In this document: piece by piece, positions 19,777 to 29,597 of the stretch
Position numbering within the stretch: the stretch's first letter is position 1
How the letters are laid out: every line of letters starts with the position of its first letter
IMG/VR virus record: IMGVR_UViG_3300029787_000034
Span: 1 to 61,766 of that record
Source: a virus
Lineage: Duplodnaviria; Caudoviricetes
Reading direction: 5' to 3' (one strand)
DNA: 61,766 nucleotides
Translations under genes and position numbers: made by a program
Notes under the pieces: generated by a model
The model's input: the letters and a program-made list of their open reading frames with translations, nothing else
The model's database searches: none
What the model was told of the DNA's origin: nothing

Positions 19777-21481
19777 GAAAATTCGTTGGAAGAACTTCCT
19801 GTCTACAGGACAACAGTTCACTGAAGTTCCTCTAAGCGAAACACCAAGCACCCTTATTATAGGATTAAACGGTGCAGGGAAGTCTACTATGTTAGATGCC
19901 CTGTGCTTTTCTTTGTTTAACAAACCTTTTAGGAAGATTAGTAGAAGTCAGTTGGTAAATAGTATCAACGAAAAGGAAACTCTAGTCGAAGTAGAGTTCC
20001 AAGTAGGAACTATTGACTACAAAGTTAGAAGAGGTATTAAACCAAATGTCTTTGAGATCTATAGAAATAATGTACTGGTGGATCAGGACGCTGCCCAGAA
20101 GGATACGCAGAAATTCTTGGAGCAGAGTGTTCTCAAACTCAACTACAAATCATTTACTCAAGTCGTCATCCTTGGTTCATCCACATTTGTCCCCTTCATG
20201 CAACTTGGAGCAAGTCACAGGAGAGAAGTTATTGAGGATATACTTGATATCCAAATCTTCTCGTACATGAATGGACTCCTTAAGGAGAGAATAAAGGATA
20301 TAAAAGAAGAGCAACGTCAGTGTGAGTATGAATTGGAACTGGCAATGCAGAAAGTTGCTATGCAAGAGAAGAACATAGAGAACCTAGAGAAGGTTGATCA
20401 AAGATCTATGGTGGCAGTGCAAGCAAAGTTTGATGAGAATGAAGATAGGGTCATGGAGATCAAGGAACTGATCAAAACTAAAGAGAAATCTATAGATACT
20501 ATCACTCCTAAACTATTAGAACTAGATAGAACCATTGATAAGCATGAACAGTACAAGACCATGCGTACTAAGATGAAGACTAGACAGGGTTCACACACTA
20601 GTACGATGGATTTCTTTAAGAAGAATAATGAATGTCCTACATGTACTCAAGCAATCTCTGATGAACTCAAGGTAGAGAAGATAACATTCTATGAGACTAA
20701 GATATCAGGTCTAAAGACTGCACATGCACAGATAACTGACAATATTAAGGTACTTGATCTAAAAGTTAATGATCTAAGAGAGAAAGCAAAGGCAGTTAAT
20801 GGTTTTAGATATGAAATACAGGCACTAACTAAGGAGGAGATGAAACTTCTCAAGGAAAATACTAAACTATTGTCCGAAGCAGGTAGTGGTAACACCAATT
20901 TGCAAGAAGAAAAGCAGTTCTTAATCAAATTTAATAAGAAATTAGAGAAGAAACAAGAGTTCTGTGCAGGTGTTAACACACAGTATGACAATCTAAAGGT
21001 AGTCTCTACTTTATTAAAGGATGATGGTATAAAGTCAAAGATTGTATCAAAATTCATACCTATTATCAATAATAAAATTAATAAATATCTGCAGAGTATG
21101 GACTTCTACGTCAATTTTACTCTGGATGAGAACTTTTGTGAAGAAATACTGTCTAGACACAGGGATTCCTTTACATATGCATCATTTTCAGAGGGCGAGA
21201 AGCAGAAGATAGACTTAGCACTCCTCTTTACATGGAGAGAGATCGCTAGAATGAAGAACAGTGTCAGCACTAACCTATTAATATTGGATGAAGTATTTGA
21301 TTCTTCTCTTGATCAGGGTAGTACTGATGAACTAATGAAAATATTGAGAGGGTTGGGTGATGATGTCAACCTATTTGTAATTTCACATAAAGGTGATATA
21401 CTATTAGATAAATTCGAGAGATTAATTACTTTCGACAAGCAGTCCGACTTCTCTACCATGCAGTTAAACGATAACACATGA
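19763..21481 (+). CDS. g46: Recombination ATPase gp46 (Rad50/SbcC-like)
   Basis: GLNGAGKST, CPTC zinc hook, FSEGEK signature, LILDEVFD. Confidence 0.96.
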   Translation: MIKFEKIRWKNFLSTGQQFTEVPLSETPSTLIIGLNGAGKSTMLDALCFSLFNKPFRKISRSQLVNSINEKETLVEVEFQVGTIDYKVRRGIKPNVFEIYRNNVLVDQDAAQKDTQKFLEQSVLKLNYKSFTQVVILGSSTFVPFMQLGASHRREVIEDILDIQIFSYMNGLLKERIKDIKEEQRQCEYELELAMQKVAMQEKNIENLEKVDQRSMVAVQAKFDENEDRVMEIKELIKTKEKSIDTITPKLLELDRTIDKHEQYKTMRTKMKTRQGSHTSTMDFFKKNNECPTCTQAISDELKVEKITFYETKISGLKTAHAQITDNIKVLDLKVNDLREKAKAVNGFRYEIQALTKEEMKLLKENTKLLSEAGSGNTNLQEEKQFLIKFNKKLEKKQEFCAGVNTQYDNLKVVSTLLKDDGIKSKIVSKFIPIINNKINKYLQSMDFYVNFTLDENFCEEILSRHRDSFTYASFSEGEKQKIDLALLFTWREIARMKNSVSTNLLILDEVFDSSLDQGSTDELMKILRGLGDDVNLFVISHKGDILLDKFERLITFDKQSDFSTMQLNDNT

Positions 21482-21639
21482 GCACTTATCACATCTACTA
21501 CGGAGATAAACCTATCTTCCGAGACCTAGCAGAGGATGACTTCCATTTCATATGGGAAAAACTAATGTGGGTCTATAATGACGAACTAACGTACGTTGAG
21601 TTAACAACTTACCCAGAACTACTAGAAGCATCATTCTAA
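21478..21639 (+). CDS. Small hypothetical protein (53 aa), not in ORF track
   Basis: ATGA/TAATG coupling on both sides. Confidence 0.55.
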   Translation: MSTYHIYYGDKPIFRDLAEDDFHFIWEKLMWVYNDELTYVELTTYPELLEASF

Positions 21640-21899
21640 TGTACAAACCTAACTGGCAACACAATTCTGGGAAGCCACCCAAGCGAAAATTAAAACCACA
21701 GGCACTGCGTCAAGCTAAAAAAAGACGCAACCAGTTGATAAAGTGTCTACTCAACCGTCCCAAGGGGCGGTTTCTCTGTCATAATAGGTATATACACGAG
21801 GAAAGCAATGCAAACAGAGATCAGAGGAACACTAGCAAAGCTACTAGCAGCAGAGAACTTACTAGTAGAGCACAAGAATGTGCCAACAGCGTCCTTTGA
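21639..21899 (+). CDS. Basic hypothetical protein; its 3' part overlaps a promoter element and the next gene
   Basis: NWQHNSGKPPKRKLKPQALRQAK; TAATG coupling. Confidence 0.5.
   Translation: MYKPNWQHNSGKPPKRKLKPQALRQAKKRRNQLIKCLLNRPKGRFLCHNRYIHEESNANRDQRNTSKATSSRELTSRAQECANSVL
21731..21785 (+). promoter_or_regulatory. Putative early-promoter element (CCAGTT-N4-AAGTGTCTACT, GC hairpin, CATAAT -10)
   Basis: Motif shared with 23955-24013. Confidence 0.55.
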
Positions 21900-23958
21900 T
21901 GTCGCTAACAGAGTATTGACCCTTCCTATCTGGGACGTAAGCAATGACGTATATAATATGCTCGTAGGTCACGAGGTAGGACATGCACTATACACACCTA
22001 ACGAAGACATCCCTGCAGGAATACCTCAGTCATTCGTAAACGTGACCGAAGATGCACGTATCGAGAAGTTAATCAAGCGTAAGTTTGCAGGTATTGTAAA
22101 AGACTTCCATAAAGGATACGAGCAACTAAATGACAGAGACTTTTTTGAGATCAATAACATAGAAATGGACGAGTTAAAACTCGTTGATAGAATCAATCTA
22201 CACTACAAGATCGGTTCATATCATATGATTCCATTTAGTGACGCTGAGATACCCCTCAGAGACGCTGTAGGCACCCTTGAGACATTCCAAGATGCCATTG
22301 ATGCTGCTAAGAGTATATTTGACTTTATGAAGGCAGAATATGAAGCAGAGCAAGAAGAAGATCTAGAGACAGAGATGGATGCATTCTCTATACCAATGGG
22401 TCAAGGTGGTGAAGGTGAAGGAGAGCAGAGAGAAGTACCTACAAAGCAAGAAGAACTCAGAGAAGAAGGTGATGATAATGATCTAGAGGATCTATCAGAA
22501 GGTAAGACTCCTACAGGTGAGTTTGGTGAAGGTGACGATGCAGAGGATGGTAATTCCAGACCTGACGTACCAATGCCAACTGAAGTAACAACTCAGAAAT
22601 CATTTGACCAGTCACTTACAGATACAACTAGTGCAGCAGATGATTACAGAGCACCAACATATGCAAATATGCCTAAGACTTTCATCGATAAGATTCTTGT
22701 TGATAACAAACTCATCTGGGACAGATGTGAAGAGTACTGGCAGCAACGTGCTAAGGATGGACAGATTGCAAACACAGAGAAAGTCTTTAATCAGTTCTGT
22801 AAGGACTCAGTAAAGGATGTTAACTACCTTGTTAAAGAATTCGAAATGAAGAAGGCAGCATCTTCATACTCTAGAGCAAAAGAATCTAAGACTGGTACAC
22901 TAGACACTACTAAACTACACCAGTACAAGTTCAGTGAGGACATCTTTAAGAAGATCACTATGATTCCTGACGGTAAGAACCATGGTCTTGTATTTTTACT
23001 AGACTGGTCTGGTTCTATGAGTAGAGAGATCTTTGATACTGTAAAGCAGTTAATCAATCTATGTCAGTTCTGTAGAAAAGTTTCTATACCTTTCGATGTA
23101 TACTCATTCGTAAACGGTGACCCATATGGTTCATCTAATGATGAGATCTATGCATCTAAGAGAGTTATGGAGCATAGAGAGAATGATATATTCATCGATG
23201 AGAACTTCAGACTTATGAATCTTCTTACTAGTGGTGGTAATATCAAAGATTTCCACAGACAATGCAGGAATCTCTGGTCAGTTGCACGTTACTTCGAATG
23301 TCACTACAACTACTGGGAAACAGCAGCACAAGAACCACTTCCTGTTCCTGCATTCCTAGGTCTAGGTGGTACTCCACTCAACGAAGGTCTAGTTGTAATG
23401 GCAGATTTCCTTCCAAGATGGAAGAGAGAGAACGGTACAGAGAAGACACACCTAGTTGTTCTTACTGATGGTGAAGCACAGTCAACTGGTGTATGTAAAG
23501 CACCAAGTGACTATGTTGATAGATGGTATTCATATCACTTAGGATACAATACAATCCTACGTGACAGACAGACTGGTAAAACATACTCAACTGCTAAGAA
23601 CAGTGGTTATGGCATCACTAGTGAACTCATCAGAGTAATTCGTGACAGATATGAGTGGTGTAACGTTCTTGGATTCCGTCTATGTCAGTCAAGAGAACTA
23701 GGTCACTTCCTATCACGTATGGATATCTGGGATACAGAACCATACAAGAAACAAATGAGACAAGAAAAGGTTGCAGTTGTTAAGACAAGTGCTTACAACG
23801 AACTATACGTTATCGCTCTCAACGTTGATGACGCTACAGAAATGCAAGTCTCTGCTGAACCATCTAAGAGAGAACTAAGGTCTGCATTTAAGAAATCACT
23901 TAAGGGTAAAGCAGCAAACAGAAGACTTCTATCCTCATTCGCAGGACAGATTGCGTGA
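21808..23958 (+). CDS. Metallopeptidase-like plus VWA-domain protein (CobT-like partner of the MoxR ATPase)
   Basis: HEVGH motif, EDARIE, acidic linker, DWSGSM MIDAS, GGTPL, LTDGE. Confidence 0.85.
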   Translation: MQTEIRGTLAKLLAAENLLVEHKNVPTASFDVANRVLTLPIWDVSNDVYNMLVGHEVGHALYTPNEDIPAGIPQSFVNVTEDARIEKLIKRKFAGIVKDFHKGYEQLNDRDFFEINNIEMDELKLVDRINLHYKIGSYHMIPFSDAEIPLRDAVGTLETFQDAIDAAKSIFDFMKAEYEAEQEEDLETEMDAFSIPMGQGGEGEGEQREVPTKQEELREEGDDNDLEDLSEGKTPTGEFGEGDDAEDGNSRPDVPMPTEVTTQKSFDQSLTDTTSAADDYRAPTYANMPKTFIDKILVDNKLIWDRCEEYWQQRAKDGQIANTEKVFNQFCKDSVKDVNYLVKEFEMKKAASSYSRAKESKTGTLDTTKLHQYKFSEDIFKKITMIPDGKNHGLVFLLDWSGSMSREIFDTVKQLINLCQFCRKVSIPFDVYSFVNGDPYGSSNDEIYASKRVMEHRENDIFIDENFRLMNLLTSGGNIKDFHRQCRNLWSVARYFECHYNYWETAAQEPLPVPAFLGLGGTPLNEGLVVMADFLPRWKRENGTEKTHLVVLTDGEAQSTGVCKAPSDYVDRWYSYHLGYNTILRDRQTGKTYSTAKNSGYGITSELIRVIRDRYEWCNVLGFRLCQSRELGHFLSRMDIWDTEPYKKQMRQEKVAVVKTSAYNELYVIALNVDDATEMQVSAEPSKRELRSAFKKSLKGKAANRRLLSSFAGQIA

Positions 23959-24013
23959 CACTCGACAAAGTGTCCACTAAACCCTGACAACATTAGCCTT
24001 TATGGCTTATTAT
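23955..24013 (+). promoter_or_regulatory. Putative early-promoter element (GACACT-N6-AGTGTC inverted repeat; CTGACA...TATTAT)
   Basis: AAAGTGTCCACT versus AAAGTGTCTACT at 21740. Confidence 0.55.
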
Positions 24014-24038
24014 ATTCATATAGACAACAAAACACGAC

Positions 24039-25148
24039 ATGACATTCGCTTCTAAATTCTCAAACGATGAACTCCTAAACTTCTTATCACCAAATAAGAA
24101 TGACTTTGGTACAGATAGAGTAAAGGAAGCATCAGCACACTTCGGAGTAAAGACTCCAAGCATCTACAGAAGACTAGAGAACAAATTCTTCCAAGATGCT
24201 ATCACTAAAACCAGTAAAGGTAACTGGACATTCACAGTACGTGAAGTACTAGAAAAGACTTACGATTCAGCACCTGCTGTACAAAGCAAGGTTGCACAGA
24301 AATTAGTTCCTGATAAGGATGGTAACTTTGTTCCCTTCGGTAACTTTAATGATGTCAAGAAGGTCATCAAGTCAAACATCTTCTACCCACTATTCATTAC
24401 AGGTCTATCTGGTAACGGTAAAACCTTAGGTATAGAGCAAGCATGTGCTCAACTCAACAGAGAACTCATCAGAGTCAACATCACAGTCGAGACTGACGAA
24501 GATGATTTGATCGGTGGATTCAGACTTGTCGATGGTAACACAGTATGGCATAATGGTCCTGTAATAGAAGCACTACAACGTGGTGCAGTTCTATTACTTG
24601 ATGAACTAGACCTAGCATCTAACAAGATTCTATGTTTACAGTCCATCTTAGAAGGTAAAGGTGTATTCCTTAAGAAGATAGGTCTCAAAGTAGAACCTGC
24701 TGCAGGATTCACCGTTGTTGCTACTGCTAACACAAAGGGTAAAGGTTCTGACGATGGTAGATTCGTAGGTACTAACGTACTTAATGAAGCATTCCTAGAA
24801 AGATTCCCACTCACATTCGAGCAAGAGTATCCTTCTCCTAACTATGAGAAGAAGATGCTTAACAACTACTGCTCAGAACTTAACTGCTGTGACGCAGAGT
24901 ACATAGACAACCTTACTATGTGGGCAGAGATCATTCGTAAGACATTCGCTGAAGGTGGTGTTGATGAAGTTATCTCTACACGTAGACTAGTGCACATTAT
25001 TCGTGCATTCTCAATCTTTGGCAACAGACTAAAGGCAATCCAAGTATGTCTCAATCGTTTCGATACTGAAACAAAAGAGTCCTTCCTTGAGTTGTATAGT
25101 AAAATTGATGCTAAAGTAGATTTATCAGAGGAGAATCCATTAACATGA
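24039..25148 (+). CDS. cobS: CobS-like MoxR-family AAA+ ATPase
   Basis: GLSGNGKT, ETDEDDLIGG, LLLDE, NEAFLERF, ISTRRL. Confidence 0.9.
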   Translation: MTFASKFSNDELLNFLSPNKNDFGTDRVKEASAHFGVKTPSIYRRLENKFFQDAITKTSKGNWTFTVREVLEKTYDSAPAVQSKVAQKLVPDKDGNFVPFGNFNDVKKVIKSNIFYPLFITGLSGNGKTLGIEQACAQLNRELIRVNITVETDEDDLIGGFRLVDGNTVWHNGPVIEALQRGAVLLLDELDLASNKILCLQSILEGKGVFLKKIGLKVEPAAGFTVVATANTKGKGSDDGRFVGTNVLNEAFLERFPLTFEQEYPSPNYEKKMLNNYCSELNCCDAEYIDNLTMWAEIIRKTFAEGGVDEVISTRRLVHIIRAFSIFGNRLKAIQVCLNRFDTETKESFLELYSKIDAKVDLSEENPLT

Positions 25149-25456
25149 GATCCAAGTACAGAGAGGACGAAACCATTAAGATAGTGCAGGACTACATTGC
25201 CCGAACCTATCAAGCACACTACTCCTCTCAGGAAAAGGGTATACAAACCCTTGATTTGCTAGAAGGAATTGACATAGCAGAACAATTCTGTCAGGCAAAC
25301 ATCATAAAGTATGCATCACGTTACGCTAAAAAAGGTCAGCATAAAAAAGACGTGCTAAAAATCATACATTATGCTATACTATTATATTACTTCTCAGGAA
25401 CTTCATTTCCTGATGATGAAGTAGAAAATTTACCCTCGCAGGAATTAAACTATTGA
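25145..25456 (+). CDS. Hypothetical protein (DUF3310-like)
   Basis: HY..GIQTLD..FCQANIIKYASRYAKK..DVLKIIHY. Confidence 0.65.
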   Translation: MRSKYREDETIKIVQDYIARTYQAHYSSQEKGIQTLDLLEGIDIAEQFCQANIIKYASRYAKKGQHKKDVLKIIHYAILLYYFSGTSFPDDEVENLPSQELNY

Positions 25457-25458
25457 TT

Positions 25459-26181
25459 ATGAAATTTACTGAGTACGAGATGGAAGTATTACAATCCTTT
25501 AGGGAGATTAACCCATCGATTGTATTCCATCCTGGCAACAAAATTGCCACTATATCTAACAACAAGAACATACTTGCTGTAGCAGACTTTCCTGCGTTTA
25601 GTTTCCCTAAGAAAGCACCTATCTATGACCTAGGTAACTTGATTAATAGTATTAAGACTCTAAGTTATCAGACTACTGCAGACGTAGAGTTCCAAGAACA
25701 GAAAGTAGACATCGTTAACAGTGGTAGTAGAATCAAATACTACTATGCTGAAGAGCGTATGGTTACTCAACCACCAAATGCTATCCAAGATCTAGGTGAA
25801 CCAGTTGTATCAACTAAACTTGATATCACACACCTAATACAGATACAAAAGATAGCATCTACCTATCAGTTACCAGATATATGTTTCACTGGTTTCGAAG
25901 GTAAGTTGACTGCAGTTGTAACTGACAAACGTAACAAGACATCTAACTCATTAGAGATTGGTCTTGGGTCAGTTGATAAAGATTTCTGTTTCTGTCTTAA
26001 GATAGAGAACTTATCTGTCATCAGACCTAGTAGTGCAACATACAACCCATGCACAGGTTACAAACTAGACATCTTTGGATGTAAGGTCGCTAAGTTTACT
26101 GGTTTGATTAGTAAGAATGCAGAGAATAGTGTTGGATCATTAGAATATCTCATCGCATTGGAACCTGACAGTGAGTATTGA
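25459..26181 (+). CDS. g45: Sliding clamp gp45
   Basis: LQSFREINPSI, IYDLGNL, YLIALEPDS; synteny. Confidence 0.88.
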   Translation: MKFTEYEMEVLQSFREINPSIVFHPGNKIATISNNKNILAVADFPAFSFPKKAPIYDLGNLINSIKTLSYQTTADVEFQEQKVDIVNSGSRIKYYYAEERMVTQPPNAIQDLGEPVVSTKLDITHLIQIQKIASTYQLPDICFTGFEGKLTAVVTDKRNKTSNSLEIGLGSVDKDFCFCLKIENLSVIRPSSATYNPCTGYKLDIFGCKVAKFTGLISKNAENSVGSLEYLIALEPDSEY

Positions 26182-27058
26182 TACAGTACTAATTGGTGAT
26201 TGTCGTGAGACTCTCAAAACCATAGATGAAAAGGTAAGGATGGTAGTTACATCTCCACCTTACTATGGGTTAAGAAACTATGGTGATGAAGATAATCAGA
26301 TAGGTCAAGAAGAATCACCCGAAGCATATATCAAACAGTTAGTCGAAGTCTTTGCTGCATGTCGTGATGTAATGCATGATGACGGTACACTGTGGGTTAA
26401 TATGGGTGATAGTTATTACAACTATAGACCAGGAAAGGGTCAAGCATTAGCAAAACAAACTCTTGCTACATCAGATCAAGATCATCCAACCAAGTGTCCA
26501 CGTAGAGGTAACAAATTAGATGGTCTCAAGGAGAAAGATCTGATAGGTATACCATGGATGTTAGCATTTGCACTACGTGCAGACGGATGGTATCTACGTC
26601 AAGATATTATCTGGCATAAACCTAATCCTATGCCTGAGTCAGTCAGAGATAGGTGTACTAAATCACATGAATACATCTTCTTATTAAGTAAGAACAAGAA
26701 GTATTTTTATGATAACGAAGCGATCAAAGAACCTGCGAAAGACTGGGGTACAAGAGACCGTAGTAAGGGTAAGTATCATAATCCTGGTTCTGGTCTTTCC
26801 CCTCACACTGGGTTAAACAAGAGTTATGCTAAAAAGAATAAGAGATCTGTTTGGTCTGTAACTAACAAACCAAGTAAGATGAAGAAACACTTTGCGGTAT
26901 ACCCACCTGACCTTATAGAACCATGTATCAAAGCAGGTAGTAAGGAAGGTGACATCATATTGGATCCATTCTTAGGATCTGGTACAACTGCAAGGGTTGC
27001 ACAATCACTCAATAGGCACTATATTGGGTGCGAATTACATAAGGAGTACGTACAATGA
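26171..27058 (+). CDS. DNA methyltransferase (N4-C/N6-A, beta class)
   Basis: TSPPY catalytic motif, IIWHKPN, HFAVYP, LDPFLGSGTT. Confidence 0.92.
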   Translation: MSIDTVLIGDCRETLKTIDEKVRMVVTSPPYYGLRNYGDEDNQIGQEESPEAYIKQLVEVFAACRDVMHDDGTLWVNMGDSYYNYRPGKGQALAKQTLATSDQDHPTKCPRRGNKLDGLKEKDLIGIPWMLAFALRADGWYLRQDIIWHKPNPMPESVRDRCTKSHEYIFLLSKNKKYFYDNEAIKEPAKDWGTRDRSKGKYHNPGSGLSPHTGLNKSYAKKNKRSVWSVTNKPSKMKKHFAVYPPDLIEPCIKAGSKEGDIILDPFLGSGTTARVAQSLNRHYIGCELHKEYVQ

Positions 27059-27210
27059 ACATTGTTGAGGCATGGAACAGTATATCATGGGAAGAATCAA
27101 TACCATTTTTGATCGTTCTCTTTGCTTTATATTGGAGCAAGAAGTGGATTGATCTTAAGTTTGCAAAGAAGCAATCCCAGATCGTATACAAAGTTAAGAT
27201 AGTAGAATGA
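27055..27210 (+). CDS. Small single-TM protein (51 aa), not in ORF track
   Basis: SD AAGGAG; ATGA overlaps; IPFLIVLFALYW TM segment. Confidence 0.6.
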   Translation: MNIVEAWNSISWEESIPFLIVLFALYWSKKWIDLKFAKKQSQIVYKVKIVE

Positions 27211-28148
27211 ATGAATTCTTATGGGTAGAGAAGTATCGTCCTAAATCTATTGATGAATGCATACTTCCAGATGAAACAAAGCAAATGTTTAGAGGATTCC
27301 TTGTGCAGGGTGAGATACCAAATCTCCTCCTCTCTGGGTCAGCAGGTGTTGGTAAAACAACTGTTGCTAAAGCATTGTGTAAACAGTTAGGAGCAGATTA
27401 CTATGTTATTAATGGGTCTGATGAGGGTAGATTCTTGGACACTGTACGCAATCAGGCAAAGACCTTTGCTTCTACTGTTTCTCTTGCATCTTCATCAGTT
27501 CATAAGGTTATCATTGTGGATGAAGCGGATAATACGACACCAGATGTACAGTTATTATTACGTGCATCGATCGAAGAATTCCAAAAGAACTGTAGGTTCA
27601 TCTTCACGTGTAATTATAAAAATAAAATCATAGAACCTCTACATTCTAGGTGTTCTGTAGTTGATTTTAACATCAAAGGTAAAGAGAAAGCACAGTTAGC
27701 AACAACTTTCCTTAAGAGAATCAATACTATACTTGAGACTGAAGGAGTTGAGTTCGAACTTAAGGTAGTGTCGGAAGTAATAACTAAACATTTTCCAGAC
27801 TTTAGACGCACTCTAAATGAATTGCAGAAGTATTCTTCTCGTGGTAAAATAGATGTAGGTATACTTGCACAAGTTGCTGATGTAAAGATCAATGATCTAA
27901 TCAGTTACCTTAAGACACGTGAGTTTACAAAGATGAAGAGGTGGGTCAAATCTAACATAGATAATGAACCACATGTGATCATGCGAAAGATCTATGATAA
28001 TCTCTATACCTATCTGACTCCTAAGAGTATACCCGAAGCGGTACTAGTGATAGGTGAGTATCAATACAAAGCATCATTCGTAATGGATCAAGAGATAAAC
28101 TTAGTAGCATTCCTTACTGAACTAATGATGAGGTGTGAGTTTAAATGA
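27207..28148 (+). CDS. g44: Clamp loader large subunit gp44
   Basis: LWVEKYRP, GSAGVGKTT, DEAD, PLHSRC, FPDFRR. Confidence 0.96.
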   Translation: MNEFLWVEKYRPKSIDECILPDETKQMFRGFLVQGEIPNLLLSGSAGVGKTTVAKALCKQLGADYYVINGSDEGRFLDTVRNQAKTFASTVSLASSSVHKVIIVDEADNTTPDVQLLLRASIEEFQKNCRFIFTCNYKNKIIEPLHSRCSVVDFNIKGKEKAQLATTFLKRINTILETEGVEFELKVVSEVITKHFPDFRRTLNELQKYSSRGKIDVGILAQVADVKINDLISYLKTREFTKMKRWVKSNIDNEPHVIMRKIYDNLYTYLTPKSIPEAVLVIGEYQYKASFVMDQEINLVAFLTELMMRCEFK

Positions 28149-28768
28149 AAACATTCCATGACATTTTTCCAACTAGAGTGTATGAATACCAGTTAGATGA
28201 TGATGACATGGGGATGGTAGATGAAGCTATGGAGTTTGTTAAAACTCTTAACTTCCAAATGTATAATTACCCTGCAGGTGTTAGAACTAGTAGAGGTGAC
28301 ATACACAAAGAAGAACAGATGTTACCCTTAATGGGATTTTTTGAGGATGTATTAGATGAAATTAGATGCGAACTTGCACTCCAGTGTCACGAACTTAAAA
28401 TTAGTCTCGCTTGGGCTAATTTTGCTCCTGCCAGATCGGGTGTTGGTCACCCTCTTCACCGTCACCCTTATTCTTATCTCTCTGGGGTCTTCTATTTCAC
28501 AGAAGGTTCGAACACAGTCTTCCAAGACCCAGTAGATATTCGTAATCTCGACACATTAGAGATTACAAGAGATTACTTTGATGGTCCTTTTGAGCATTTT
28601 GAGGCAAAACGTGGTAAACTATTAGTATTCCCAGGTTGGTTAAGACATTGGTCTGAACCACATGCCTCGGACTTTGACAGGTACACCATGTCCTTTAATG
28701 CATTACCTAACGGTCATGTAAATGCAGGTCCTCAAGGTGTACCTATGGCAAACATTACTGTCAACTAA
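28145..28768 (+). CDS. 2OG-Fe(II) oxygenase-like protein
   Basis: HPLHRHPYSYLSGVFY, LLVFPGWLRH, RYTMSFN. Confidence 0.8.
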   Translation: MKTFHDIFPTRVYEYQLDDDDMGMVDEAMEFVKTLNFQMYNYPAGVRTSRGDIHKEEQMLPLMGFFEDVLDEIRCELALQCHELKISLAWANFAPARSGVGHPLHRHPYSYLSGVFYFTEGSNTVFQDPVDIRNLDTLEITRDYFDGPFEHFEAKRGKLLVFPGWLRHWSEPHASDFDRYTMSFNALPNGHVNAGPQGVPMANITVN

Positions 28769-28771
28769 ATT

Positions 28772-29272
28772 ATGAACATTTTCGTGACTGATCCAGACCC
28801 TGTTGCATCTGCACAGGTTCTACCCGACAAACATGTTGTCAAAATGCCCCTAGAAACTTGTCAAATGCTATCTATTGTAGCATCAGAGAAGTGGGGGCAT
28901 GGTTTCGGTGTTCTACCTAAGGTAGATGGCGAACCATATAAAACAGAGAAGGGTGCGTTTCGCAATCATCCTTGTACTATCTGGGCACAGACTAACTTTC
29001 GTTGGTTGATTGACCATGGTCTAGCATTATGTGCAGAGTATACACACAGATACAACAAGGTACATAGTTGTCAATACACTATTGAGTGTGCTGATATTCT
29101 ATTTCCAGACTGCCCACCACCTACTAACTTCACAAGGGCAATGCCTGATGAGTATAAACATGACACAAGCATTGACACTTTTACTGCTTACAAAAATTAC
29201 ATTGGCAGCAAACCTTGGGTTGCATCTAATTATCTACGTGACCCATCCAGAAAACCAAATTGGATATCCTAA
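28772..29272 (+). CDS. Pyrimidine-dimer DNA glycosylase-like (endonuclease V-related) protein
   Basis: MNIF..DKHVVKMPLETCQMLS, NHPCTIW, EYTHRYNKVH, AMPDEYK. Confidence 0.65.
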   Translation: MNIFVTDPDPVASAQVLPDKHVVKMPLETCQMLSIVASEKWGHGFGVLPKVDGEPYKTEKGAFRNHPCTIWAQTNFRWLIDHGLALCAEYTHRYNKVHSCQYTIECADILFPDCPPPTNFTRAMPDEYKHDTSIDTFTAYKNYIGSKPWVASNYLRDPSRKPNWIS

Positions 29273-29275
29273 ATT

Positions 29276-29521
29276 ATGACTTCAGTTTTCGAACTACAAC
29301 TAGCAAAGAGTTTCCTATTCGGTTCATGTCCACCAGTATATACTTTACCTGGTACATGGACTAAGTGTAACGCACTAATACCTCATGCAAACTACAATCC
29401 AAACTTTACATTTGGAATTTCTATAGCAGTATTTGTTATACTATTAGCAGGGTTTGGAGTATACAAAGCATTCTTTAATAATGCAGACCTAGCAGATCCT
29501 TGGGATGATCATGACGACTAA
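29276..29521 (+). CDS. psbN: PsbN-like photosystem II assembly factor with N-terminal extension
   Basis: TM helix followed by GFGVYKAF...LADPWDDHDD, the picocyanobacterial PsbN C-terminus. Confidence 0.8.
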   Translation: MTSVFELQLAKSFLFGSCPPVYTLPGTWTKCNALIPHANYNPNFTFGISIAVFVILLAGFGVYKAFFNNADLADPWDDHDD

Positions 29522-29597
29522 TTACGGACTAGAAATTGTATTCTGGGTTGTGATAGTATTATTTCTTATGTACTCAGTAGAAGAAAGTAAGAAATGA
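29511..29597 (+). CDS. Tiny TM peptide (28 aa), not in ORF track
   Basis: MTTNYGLEIVFWVVIVLFLMYSVEESKK; ATGA overlap with dam. Confidence 0.45.
   Translation: MTTNYGLEIVFWVVIVLFLMYSVEESKK

Noticed and set aside
21808-25148. Cobalamin chelatase (CobNST) pathway
   Set aside because: There is no cobN or other cob gene in the window. The pair is better read as a generic MoxR AAA plus VWA module.
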